DNA of 64,000 nt from an uncultured Holophaga sp. GTDB lineage: Bacteria; Acidobacteriota; Holophagae; Holophagales; Holophagaceae. This document shows, piece after piece, positions 9,001 to 16,719 of this stretch (the stretch's first letter is position 1; each line of letters starts with the position of its first letter). The notes under the pieces were generated by a model. That model did no database searches. It was not told where the DNA came from and saw only the letters and a program-made list of their open reading frames with translations. The position numbers and the translations under genes were made by a program. The stretch is from assembly GCA_963664825.1 (NCBI GenBank), contig OY761614.1, positions 3,360,001 through 3,424,000 on the forward strand, in the 5' to 3' direction.

Positions 9001-12000
9001 CTGGCGCTCGTCCACCTTCCAGATCACTCGCACGTTGCCGCGCCCGTAGTACTTGATCCGAGTCTTGGCGGAATAGAACAGATTGCAGGTCGTGGTGCTC
9101 GGCGCGTTGGGCCCCTCCGGCACAGGCGTCACATTCACGGCATGGGCGCTGGCCGAGGAGGCCGTCAGCCCCACATGCGCCGTCTGGCTGGCGAGGCTAG
9201 GCCTGGCGCTGGCAGCCTTCTCCCGTGGCTTCCCTACAGGAGCCGTCTGGAGAGCCTTGGGACTCTGGGGCGCCCCCCCCTGCCCTTGCAGGGGCTTCGT
9301 CCCAGAGGCATCGTCCTTCGGAAAATCCAGCTGGGCGGAAACCAGATGCACCGGCAGGAGCGTGCAGGGGTCCGTCCGGTTGTAGACCATGAAGTCCTGG
9401 CAGTACACCACGTACGCCCGGGCCATGGCCTGGGCGGCGCTGGGCCGCATATCCAGGAACTCTCCCCTGTGGGTGCCGAAGGCCACAGCCACTTCAAACT
9501 TGGGTTTGGAGGGTCCAGACCGCGCCACCAGGGGAGTCAGTTTGGGAGACTTGGCAGCCTCCCCGCCACGCAGGGCGGTGAGGCCACTTGCGGAAAGCCG
9601 CGTGAAAACGCCCTGGAAGGATTGGGTGGGCGTGAGGGCCTGGGAGACCTCGCTCACGGTATCGCCGCGGACCATATCCTCGTCGGAGAGCACGAAGACC
9701 TTGACCCGATAGGTGGCGGCGCGGGCGTAGGTGTGGCGGTATTCGCCAGCTCTCACCACGTACGCACTGTAGTAGTCGCACCCGCTCGCGTACAGCGAGT
9801 CCACGGGGCTGCCATGGAAGGGCTCCAGCGTCCCGTCTCCCCAATCCAGGAACACGTTCTTGAAGGTGACCCGATCCACCGTCGAGACATCGATCCCGCC
9901 CTGCCCGCTGCTCACGGAAACAGACCCACCGGAGAGGGCACCGCTGCTGCCGACGGAGAGAGGCGTCACCGAGACCGAGGGCATGCCACTGCCACCGGAA
10001 TATCCCTTGGATTTCACCACCGCCGGAATGAGCCGGTAGGGCACCCTCGCACCGAGATCGAAGGTGCCGGAGAGCAAGACTTCATCGGAGACATAGGTGT
10101 TCAGATCCGCGCTCGTCTTGGGCTTGGCAGGAGTTCCCTCACCAGCCTTGGCGCCCACCTTGGCAGCCAGGACCCCCCTCAAGGGTTTGCTGCTGAGGGT
10201 GGTGGAGGTCAGAAGCCCCATCAAGGGCTTGCCCCCCTCATGGGCCGCCCGATTGGGCTCGATCGTCACTTTCGGATCACTCTGGCTGATGGTGCAGCCC
10301 TTGGGATTAACGCCCTGGGGCGTGACGGGCATGCGGATGGGCCAGACCTCGGAGCGGGAGACCTCGGCGGCGATGGTCTGGTAGACCTTCGGCATGTCCG
10401 CAGCCTTGGTCGGGGCCTGCCCTTGCGTGGAGATGGGCTTATCCAGGGCGGGGGAATGCCCTGCCCCCGGAAGGGTCCCGGAACCCGCGGGCTTGAATCC
10501 CAGGGGGGGTTTCCCGCTCTGGGCCTGGAGCGTCCCACTCTGGGCATTGATCGTCCCGGCCTGGGCCTTGAGTGTCCCGGGCCTGGCCTGTAGGGATTTC
10601 AAGGTCATGGCCCTGGAAGTCGGGGAGGCCGGTTCCCGGGAGGGCCCCGGTCTCAGGAGTGTGAGCGAATTTTCGGAGGGTTTTGGCTCAGGGGATGTCT
10701 TCTGGGCCTTGAGTTCCTCGGCGGAGAGGCAGGGATAGTTGCGGAAACCCACCACCTGCCAGACCACATCGGCCTTCTGGCGCATGATCGCCGGGATATC
10801 CGGGTCCGGCGTCAAGGCCGGCACGTGGGCGGTCGTGAGGGCAGCCTGCTGTTTCGAGGACGCAGCGCCTGGGGCAGGCGCCCTGAAGGCTTTCGTGGTC
10901 TTCCCGGAGGGATTGACCTGGGCCTTTGCACCGCTACTGGCCGTAGCCGGGGCCTTCCCTGCCTGGGAGGCCGCGATGACCTTCCCCCCTGAAGAGGCTA
11001 GGTTCGGGAGCGTATGCGTTCCCCGGAGGCTGCCCAGCTCCTGCACGAAGGCTGGGGTCACATCGAAGGTGTTCCGGTTCCCGGGGATGGGGACCGTCTT
11101 CAGGAGACTCCCATCCTTGGCGTTGAAAAACCTCAGTTCGAAGGATTCCGAAGTGCCTGGATTCTTCTCCTTCCAGGTGAACTGCGTCGCGTCGCGCAGC
11201 ACCGGCAGATCATCGCTCTGGAATTCCCCGCTGGTGTTGACGCCGATGAGGGAATAAGAAGGCGCGCCGAGGGTGATCTGCGAGAGATGGAGCTTCTGGC
11301 CCTCGGTGCAGGCCAGCACCTTTTCCTTGCGGCGCCCGGCCCCGGCGTCCAAGACAAAACCGAGCCTCTTGCCACCCGCGGCGGGGACGAACGTGGAGAA
11401 TCCGGAGCCGACCCTGGTGATCTTAGCCAGATCCACGGGAACAGCGCGGAACACCGCTCCCCCGAGGGGCTGTTTGCCCTTGCCATCGACCTTCGTCAGC
11501 CCCAGGGCGCCCGCGGGCTTGGGGGTGGGCGTCAGGGTCCCCTGGAATTTGGGCCCCGGCTTCCCGCCGGGGAGGCTGCCCGACATGGGCTGGGTGGGAA
11601 CCACGGGGGAGATCGAGGCGGCAAGGGCCGTCGGGGCGGAGCCAGGCCGGATCGCCAGGGTCGAGGCGGCCTTCCCCAGGGGCACGATCTGCAGATGCGC
11701 GCTGCCTGAAGGGCTCCCGCCAGCCTTCCGGGCCTGGAAGACCCGGGTTCCCGGTTGGGCGGTCGGAGCGATGAAGACCTTCACCACCGCCCGCTCGGGG
11801 GACAACACCTTGGGAGCGCCCAGCACGGCGATATCCTTGCCGAGGTTCAGGGTCATGTCAGCGCTGAAGCCGGTGCCAGTGAGGATGAGTTCCACTTCCT
11901 CTCCCGGCTTGGCATTGACCGGGCTCAGGCTCTGCACCACAGGTCCCTTGGCTTCGCCCCCCAGCTTCACGAAATAGCGAATGACGGGCACCGGAAAGGC

Positions 12001-12915
12001 CATGCGGGGCTGGAGCACCTTCAGGGTCACCTTGTGCTCCCCGGCCACATGGGTGGGGAGTTCGATCTGGAATTCCCCAGGCACCGTGCTGGCAAGCGTG
12101 TGATGCCCCTGGCGTTGAAGCGTGCGAACCGGCACGGAGAGGGGGGTAACCAGGGCCTGGCCGCTCCGAAGCGTCGTCAGCTTGGCGAAGCCCAGCTGCT
12201 GGCTCACGGCCCGCTGCACCTGGCCATCCACCACCCACTCGGCCTGCAGCTGGCCCGTACCCTCGTATTTGAGATCGGCATAGGCCACCAGGCCCGATGC
12301 CCCCTGGCTCACTGAGCGTTCGGTCGTCCCGTCCTCCCAGCGCAGCGCCAAGTAAGAGATGCCGAAGGGCGCGCCGGGCCCCTGCTGCCCCACCGGCAGA
12401 TTCAGGGTGAATTCCCGGAGGGGTTCCACCCCCGCATCCTGCACGGTGACGGTGTAATCGCCGGCCTTGAGGAAGGTGTGGGTGAGGCTCGCGCCTCCCT
12501 CCACGGGGGCCGTGCCATCCCCGAATTGCCAATGGACACGCTTGCCCAGGGCCTCCTCCAGCGTCAGGACCACGGCCTTACCGGGCAGCGGGATTGCGGG
12601 AGTCGCGAGCACCCGCCGAGGTTCCACCACCGTCACACTCTGCTGCGAGGTGGTTGTGCCCACAGTCGCCTTCACCTGGAAGGTGCCCGCGCTGCGGTAG
12701 ATGTGTGTGGCGGTACTACCCCCCACCTGGGGGGGCCTGCCGTCCCCGAAATCCCAGTTCACCCCGCCTCCAGCACCCGAGAGTTTGAAGGCCGTTTCCA
12801 GATCCACCCGGGGGCGGGCTGTACTGACCGTGAGGGTCCGCACCAGCACGAGAGGACCGTGCTGCGCCTGGGGCAGGACGGCGACAACCAAGAAGGGAAG
12901 CATCATGGAGCGCAT
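6094..12915 (-). CDS. Giant (2273 aa) secreted PKD/Ig-domain protein with a long beta-rich C-terminal region
   Basis: Signal peptide; PKD motifs WDFGDG, WQFGDG, LDWGDG; IPT-like domain; Pro/Ala/Lys-rich linkers; C-terminal ~750 aa of Gly/aromatic amphipathic strands; Cys-rich C-terminus. Confidence 0.85.
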   Translation of the reverse strand: MRSMMLPFLVVAVLPQAQHGPLVLVRTLTVSTARPRVDLETAFKLSGAGGGVNWDFGDGRPPQVGGSTATHIYRSAGTFQVKATVGTTTSQQSVTVVEPRRVLATPAIPLPGKAVVLTLEEALGKRVHWQFGDGTAPVEGGASLTHTFLKAGDYTVTVQDAGVEPLREFTLNLPVGQQGPGAPFGISYLALRWEDGTTERSVSQGASGLVAYADLKYEGTGQLQAEWVVDGQVQRAVSQQLGFAKLTTLRSGQALVTPLSVPVRTLQRQGHHTLASTVPGEFQIELPTHVAGEHKVTLKVLQPRMAFPVPVIRYFVKLGGEAKGPVVQSLSPVNAKPGEEVELILTGTGFSADMTLNLGKDIAVLGAPKVLSPERAVVKVFIAPTAQPGTRVFQARKAGGSPSGSAHLQIVPLGKAASTLAIRPGSAPTALAASISPVVPTQPMSGSLPGGKPGPKFQGTLTPTPKPAGALGLTKVDGKGKQPLGGAVFRAVPVDLAKITRVGSGFSTFVPAAGGKRLGFVLDAGAGRRKEKVLACTEGQKLHLSQITLGAPSYSLIGVNTSGEFQSDDLPVLRDATQFTWKEKNPGTSESFELRFFNAKDGSLLKTVPIPGNRNTFDVTPAFVQELGSLRGTHTLPNLASSGGKVIAASQAGKAPATASSGAKAQVNPSGKTTKAFRAPAPGAASSKQQAALTTAHVPALTPDPDIPAIMRQKADVVWQVVGFRNYPCLSAEELKAQKTSPEPKPSENSLTLLRPGPSREPASPTSRAMTLKSLQARPGTLKAQAGTINAQSGTLQAQSGKPPLGFKPAGSGTLPGAGHSPALDKPISTQGQAPTKAADMPKVYQTIAAEVSRSEVWPIRMPVTPQGVNPKGCTISQSDPKVTIEPNRAAHEGGKPLMGLLTSTTLSSKPLRGVLAAKVGAKAGEGTPAKPKTSADLNTYVSDEVLLSGTFDLGARVPYRLIPAVVKSKGYSGGSGMPSVSVTPLSVGSSGALSGGSVSVSSGQGGIDVSTVDRVTFKNVFLDWGDGTLEPFHGSPVDSLYASGCDYYSAYVVRAGEYRHTYARAATYRVKVFVLSDEDMVRGDTVSEVSQALTPTQSFQGVFTRLSASGLTALRGGEAAKSPKLTPLVARSGPSKPKFEVAVAFGTHRGEFLDMRPSAAQAMARAYVVYCQDFMVYNRTDPCTLLPVHLVSAQLDFPKDDASGTKPLQGQGGAPQSPKALQTAPVGKPREKAASARPSLASQTAHVGLTASSASAHAVNVTPVPEGPNAPSTTTCNLFYSAKTRIKYYGRGNVRVIWKVDERQVGSREVTVMSPQRLGLNAEEARTCQNPLLGEEVMNSPALPVDSLGRHIATVEAYVLPEKTGDLDAEDLTNLGHLAAGHALSTPISPRLVHTLVDTLGKGGTGKPQVHLGLLNPSQAPGQVAYVPLHQVANLTSSLGLQRASTGLLQDPTHLQPPYRVETRGVYEVKAAKDGVICNLFFPTKGGIFPVTNLGKNLTLTPDGPMQRASGKGLLVFNLRAGTASDALVPFPIDLKFSDWQVDGVTVAKGAMDIQPNQAYKGPGVLGTLKRVRGAIADKNAPQDLMATLSLSPIDTSMVLMTMGSPQPVWVAEAPVTTQGDWIAKGLKLETTRLGPTPWAFSAENIVIDLSGTEGVDPKGGKSSEWVGVSLGTVTLNPIVIQQGGEWVKPLPHPTDWTLEGLGVKGSVDVGPWQTDYRVLGHMAVGKIHFEGTGQTGNYTVKYKDVEIRSPWFKDPIKGNASLVATDGYKLDLDELHAASRPTLAGGPMALDALNLQVIPIKDGGWVMQGRARISLKAEGKPLAIFDADRVGFGLDGLMYFGDDGARSTTVTLNRASYLGPTPADLQNVVLTGGATPENPLSLKVNAKLRLSENPVIPGTPVTMNFGLKAAGAPGAFTASDVKVDPFNTEVAFPLGSPSLKAKINTNYQPGATAGGAPAMASNRFSGEVDLSMFGGSPVKAQFVLGYANGKDYFATRVDVPLGPSGIVIYPEVVSLFRLSGGFAYNFGLDVFKDGGSIVNAKPDFKGDTLFLAGARLGSSDGFIYTLDGQLVVKSSGAARMDFGAWLLTPNPSGNAPLRGCLEYSGGNFDGRIWGGFSFMGDVVALDLGQSEQAAACSLHFGGGNWHIYAGNRDGQRIVGRLMGNSSNAYLMLGNEVGLAVGGGSTWYMGAGVGVKAYAKGWMDMGLQITRQPKIIGDFGAGLEAGVCAFGHCVSAGVGANIHAEALPISLSASCCVDLPWPLSDICFTVKM

Positions 12916-12958
12916 GGATCACCCGGAGCGTTAGGAACTGTGGTGCATTGCTAGACCT

Positions 12959-14167
12959 TCACTTGCGGCGGGAGCGTTTCTTCGAGAGCGGCAGGATCTC
13001 CAGGCGCGCGCTTCCCGCAGGACCGCCCTTCCCCCGGGATGTGCGCAGGATGCGGGCGCCGCACTTGGCTGTGGGCGCGACGAAGACCTGAACCAGAGCC
13101 TGTTCGGGTCCGATCAGACGAATGGGGCCCACGGGAGCCATGTCGCGGCCCAGATACAGCTCCATATCCGGCGTGAACCGGGAGCCCAAGATCTGCAGCT
13201 CCACTTCTTCGCCGGCCCGCACCCGCCGGGGCAAGACGCCCTTCAGCACGGGGCCCTCCGGATCGGCTCCGAGGCTCACGAAATAGCGAATCACGGGCAC
13301 TTCAAAGGCCAGGCCCGGCTGAAGCACCTTCAGGGTGACCTGATGTTCGCCGGGAACATTGGTGGGCAGGGAGAGCTGGGGCCCGCCCGGATTCACCTGT
13401 CCGCTCTTGAGGGTGATGCGATTGGCAAAGGTCAGTTGCTGAGAGAGGTTGCGGAAGACGACCCCATCCACCAGCCACTGGGCCTGGAAGAGGCCCGTGC
13501 CTTCGTATTTGAGATCGGCGTAGGCAGATAGGCCCGTCTCCCCCTGGTTCACCGTGCGCCGGAGGGTGCCATCCTCCCAATGCAGGGCCACGTAGGAGAT
13601 GCTGAAGGGCGCGCTGGGGCCCGTGGCCCCCACCACGACCTGAGTGCCGATGACGCGGCGTCCATTGGCAGAGGTATCCACCGCACTGACGGTGTAGACG
13701 CCCTGGCGCTGGAAGGCATGGGTGGCCGTGAGCGTATCGGTCATAGTGGGCGCAGTGCCATCGCCGAAATTCCAGGTGATGCCTCCCGTGGAGAAGAAGG
13801 CCTGGGCCTGGAGGGTGATGGGCTGGCCCGCCCCGGGGGCCGCGGGACTGTAGCGGATCCGGCGGGGTTCGGCCACGAAGACGGCCCTCTGGACCGTCGT
13901 GGTGATCCCGGTGGTGGAGCTCACCGTATAGATGGCCCGCACATTGAAGGAACCCGCCGCGGAAAAGGTGTGAGTGCTGACGGCCCCCCCGGCGCTGGTG
14001 GGAGTGCCATCGCCGAAATCCCATGTGACCGAAAAGGGCACCACGCCACTGAGGGTGAAGGAGGTCACCGCGTCCACCCGGGGTTGGGCGGGGTTGGCGC
14101 TGAGCAGGCCTTGAGCCTGAAGGGCCGGACTGACGATGAGGGCGAGCAGGAGCAGGAATGGGCGCAT
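12959..14167 (-). CDS. Secreted PKD + Ig/IPT-domain protein, paralogous to the N-terminus of the giant protein
   Basis: GGAG RBS before ATG 14167; signal peptide MRPFLLLLALIVSPALQA; two W(D/N)FGDG PKD motifs; shares ISYxALxWEDGT / YADLKYEGTG / GEHxVTLKVLQP / VPVIRYFV with 6094..12915. Confidence 0.85.
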   Translation of the reverse strand: MRPFLLLLALIVSPALQAQGLLSANPAQPRVDAVTSFTLSGVVPFSVTWDFGDGTPTSAGGAVSTHTFSAAGSFNVRAIYTVSSTTGITTTVQRAVFVAEPRRIRYSPAAPGAGQPITLQAQAFFSTGGITWNFGDGTAPTMTDTLTATHAFQRQGVYTVSAVDTSANGRRVIGTQVVVGATGPSAPFSISYVALHWEDGTLRRTVNQGETGLSAYADLKYEGTGLFQAQWLVDGVVFRNLSQQLTFANRITLKSGQVNPGGPQLSLPTNVPGEHQVTLKVLQPGLAFEVPVIRYFVSLGADPEGPVLKGVLPRRVRAGEEVELQILGSRFTPDMELYLGRDMAPVGPIRLIGPEQALVQVFVAPTAKCGARILRTSRGKGGPAGSARLEILPLSKKRSRRK

Positions 14168-14178
14168 AGGGTCTCCGC

Positions 14179-16098
14179 TCAAAACGAGAAGTTGAGCGTC
14201 AGGGAGGCCCGGCGGTCGGCCTCGGGAAGGGTCTGGACGCGGGTGTAGCGGAAGCGCAACGCCAGCACGGCCTGCCCCCGATGGAAGGCCTTCGCCAGGA
14301 AGGGCGTGAGGTAATACTGCAGGGCGGCATCAGCATTGGTGCTGGTCACCGCCGATAGGCCCTGGGCCTCCATGCGGTTATAGCCGCCGTTGAGGGCGAG
14401 ATTGAGCCAGGTCTTCACCAGGGTGATATCAGCGTTCAGGAAGGCGCTGGCCACCTTGGAATCGGCACCAGTCCCATCCTGGGTGCTCTTGGAATAGGAG
14501 AAGGTCGGCGCTAGGCGGATGCGGTCCGGTTCCTGGAAGGAGCCCCCCAGGATCAGGGTGGTGCTATGGCCCGTCGTCGCCGATGCGCCCGTGCCCTCGA
14601 GCTTGTCGAACTGAACGCTGAGGGCCAGGGCTCCCTTGGCCCCCATGGCCCAGTCCAGCCCCGTGAAGACGCCCTCCCGCTTGCTATTGGCGAAGGGCAC
14701 AAGAGCCCCTTGAGGCGTGCCAGCCTCCTGTTCCGCATGGCTGAGACCGGCCTTCAGTGTGATGCCCGTCGTGGGCGTCCAGTGGGCGTCCATGGTCTGG
14801 ACATCATTGCTGGCGCGGGTCTCCAGGGGATCCCCGCCGGGGTTATTGCGCTCGGAAGTGAGGCTGGCATTGAGGGACCAGGCCGGATTCAGGTTCAAGG
14901 AGAAGCCCCCGTCCAGGCCCCGACGATCGCCTTCCATCACCGGGTACCCCAGGGTGCCGAAGTCCCGCCCGATCTGCCGGTACGAGGCCTGGACACTGTA
15001 GCTCTTCTCGTTCCAGGCCCCGCCCACGCGCCAAGCCTGGTCCTGGACCTTGCCGAGGCTATCGTCCACATCCTTGTCGTAGTCGGTGCGGGCGTACTCG
15101 CCATTCAGGCTGAGACGATAATCGAAGAGGGAGGCCTCCAGGGTCAGGGCTCCCGTGCTGCCCTCCCGCCGGGTCATGTAGGAGGCCGCGCCGATATTGA
15201 CTCCCTGGGAGGGGTCATCGCGGCCCGTGAGGAGCACCAGCTTGGATTTCACCCGGCCATCCATCCAGGCGTAGCCCACCGCCCCCCCGAAGAGTTCGGT
15301 GGCCCGGCCGGGCCAGGCCAGGCCCTTGAAACCGTCCAGGGTTTGAGTGTTGACGGCAAAGACATGGGCGTAGAAGGTCCGGTCATCGTAGAGGTAGTCC
15401 ATGCCGCGCCTCCCGGCGCCCCCCACGGTGAATTCCGATTCCTGGAGGGCCATATCGCCCACCTGGGCCCGGTGATCCCGGTAGGTATAGAGGCCCCGCA
15501 ATTCCCCCACGGCCCAGTGGGATTGGCCCGCCGTGGGCTGGTCCTGGTAGGCCACCCGGGTATTGAGGCTCAGGTGATGCTCGCCGGATTCCAGCTCGTA
15601 GCCCAGCGCTACCTGTCCGCTGCTGAAGAAGGTGCGTTCGCCTTCCACCTTCTGGGAGCGATAGACCACCTGCTCCAGGCTCGCCTCCACATGGAAGGGC
15701 ACCTTCTGCTTGAGCTTGGAGGCCTGGCCAGGCGGCTCGGCGGCCACGTCCAGGCTCGCCAGGGATCCGGGGGCGTTTTCCGGGAGGTACGTGATGCCCT
15801 CTCCCCCCTTGAAGGCCAAGTAATACTGGATCTGCCGCCCACCGATTTCACCGGCCGGGAGATCGGCGACCATGCCTCCGGAATCGGCCCGCAGCGCCAG
15901 GCTGCGGAATTCCTCCTCCCCCACCGCGCGGTAGAACACCATGGCCCACACCACGCCCGGAGGCGCCTGGAACGTGAAGCGCACGGGTTCGCTGGGCTTC
16001 GAGGGCGGGAGGGCCTTGAAGGAAGGCGACTGGCCCTGGGCGCAGAGCGCGCAGGCCAGTGCCGAGGCCATGGATAGAGTCCGGAACCTCATCGGCAT
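14179..16098 (-). CDS. Predicted outer-membrane beta-barrel protein with an N-terminal Ig-like domain
   Basis: Start chosen at ATG 16098 after GAAGGGG; signal peptide; many alternating amphipathic strands; C-terminal ...ASLTLNFSF ending in Phe, like a BAM beta-signal. Confidence 0.8.
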   Translation of the reverse strand: MPMRFRTLSMASALACALCAQGQSPSFKALPPSKPSEPVRFTFQAPPGVVWAMVFYRAVGEEEFRSLALRADSGGMVADLPAGEIGGRQIQYYLAFKGGEGITYLPENAPGSLASLDVAAEPPGQASKLKQKVPFHVEASLEQVVYRSQKVEGERTFFSSGQVALGYELESGEHHLSLNTRVAYQDQPTAGQSHWAVGELRGLYTYRDHRAQVGDMALQESEFTVGGAGRRGMDYLYDDRTFYAHVFAVNTQTLDGFKGLAWPGRATELFGGAVGYAWMDGRVKSKLVLLTGRDDPSQGVNIGAASYMTRREGSTGALTLEASLFDYRLSLNGEYARTDYDKDVDDSLGKVQDQAWRVGGAWNEKSYSVQASYRQIGRDFGTLGYPVMEGDRRGLDGGFSLNLNPAWSLNASLTSERNNPGGDPLETRASNDVQTMDAHWTPTTGITLKAGLSHAEQEAGTPQGALVPFANSKREGVFTGLDWAMGAKGALALSVQFDKLEGTGASATTGHSTTLILGGSFQEPDRIRLAPTFSYSKSTQDGTGADSKVASAFLNADITLVKTWLNLALNGGYNRMEAQGLSAVTSTNADAALQYYLTPFLAKAFHRGQAVLALRFRYTRVQTLPEADRRASLTLNFSF

Positions 16099-16112
16099 GG
16101 GCACCCCTTCTT

Positions 16113-16556
16113 CTAGCGTTCGGAAAGATGCAGGGGCCCGTCCAGGCGCACCCGATAGTTGCCTGTGCCCCAGGAGGACTTGGCGGTGATCTTCAGGATC
16201 AGGACCTGGGCCTTCTTCAACTTGAGATCCTTGACGACGCGCTTGGTGGCTGAATTCCCCAGGACATCGAAGACCTTGACCAGGCTGTTCCACTTGCCGT
16301 CGAGGAGCTGCACCTCGTAGTCGATCATGGTGCCGCTATCGGTCTGCATATCCAGGGTCAGGCTCAGCACACCGGGCCCGGCATCGAACGTGTAGTATTT
16401 CTCCAGGGATTCCTTGGCCGCGATATCCTCGCCCACCTCCCGGGAAGCCAGGGGAATGGGATGGTCCTGGGGCCTGTCCCGGGCGATGGCCACGGCGGAC
16501 AGGCCGCAGCACAGGCAGACAAGGCTTGAGCGGAAAAGCGCGCGGAAGCTGGACAT
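16113..16556 (-). CDS. Small secreted protein, PPC/jelly-roll-like
   Basis: AGGAG RBS; signal peptide; YYTFDAGPG...TGNYRVRL pattern resembles pre-peptidase C-terminal-type domains. Confidence 0.7.
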   Translation of the reverse strand: MSSFRALFRSSLVCLCCGLSAVAIARDRPQDHPIPLASREVGEDIAAKESLEKYYTFDAGPGVLSLTLDMQTDSGTMIDYEVQLLDGKWNSLVKVFDVLGNSATKRVVKDLKLKKAQVLILKITAKSSWGTGNYRVRLDGPLHLSER

Positions 16557-16719
16557 GGGGACTCCTGTAGGGTTGGCTCAGGAAGAGAGCCTCGCCGGAT
16601 GATCACGGAAATTCCCGATCAGCATACAGGCAGCGTCCGCCAAGGGTCGACCGGTGGCGACATTCTTTCCCGACCAGTTGGCAAATCAATGCACTGCAAC
16701 GTTTCTCAACGACAAGGAG

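Noticed and set aside
6094..16098. Assignment of the export operon to two-partner secretion, autotransporter, T1SS/RTX or curli
   Set aside because: No POTRA or TPS domain, no terminal-aromatic autotransporter barrel on the giant, no RTX repeats or ABC/MFP genes, and no CsgG/CsgA-like sequences recognised.
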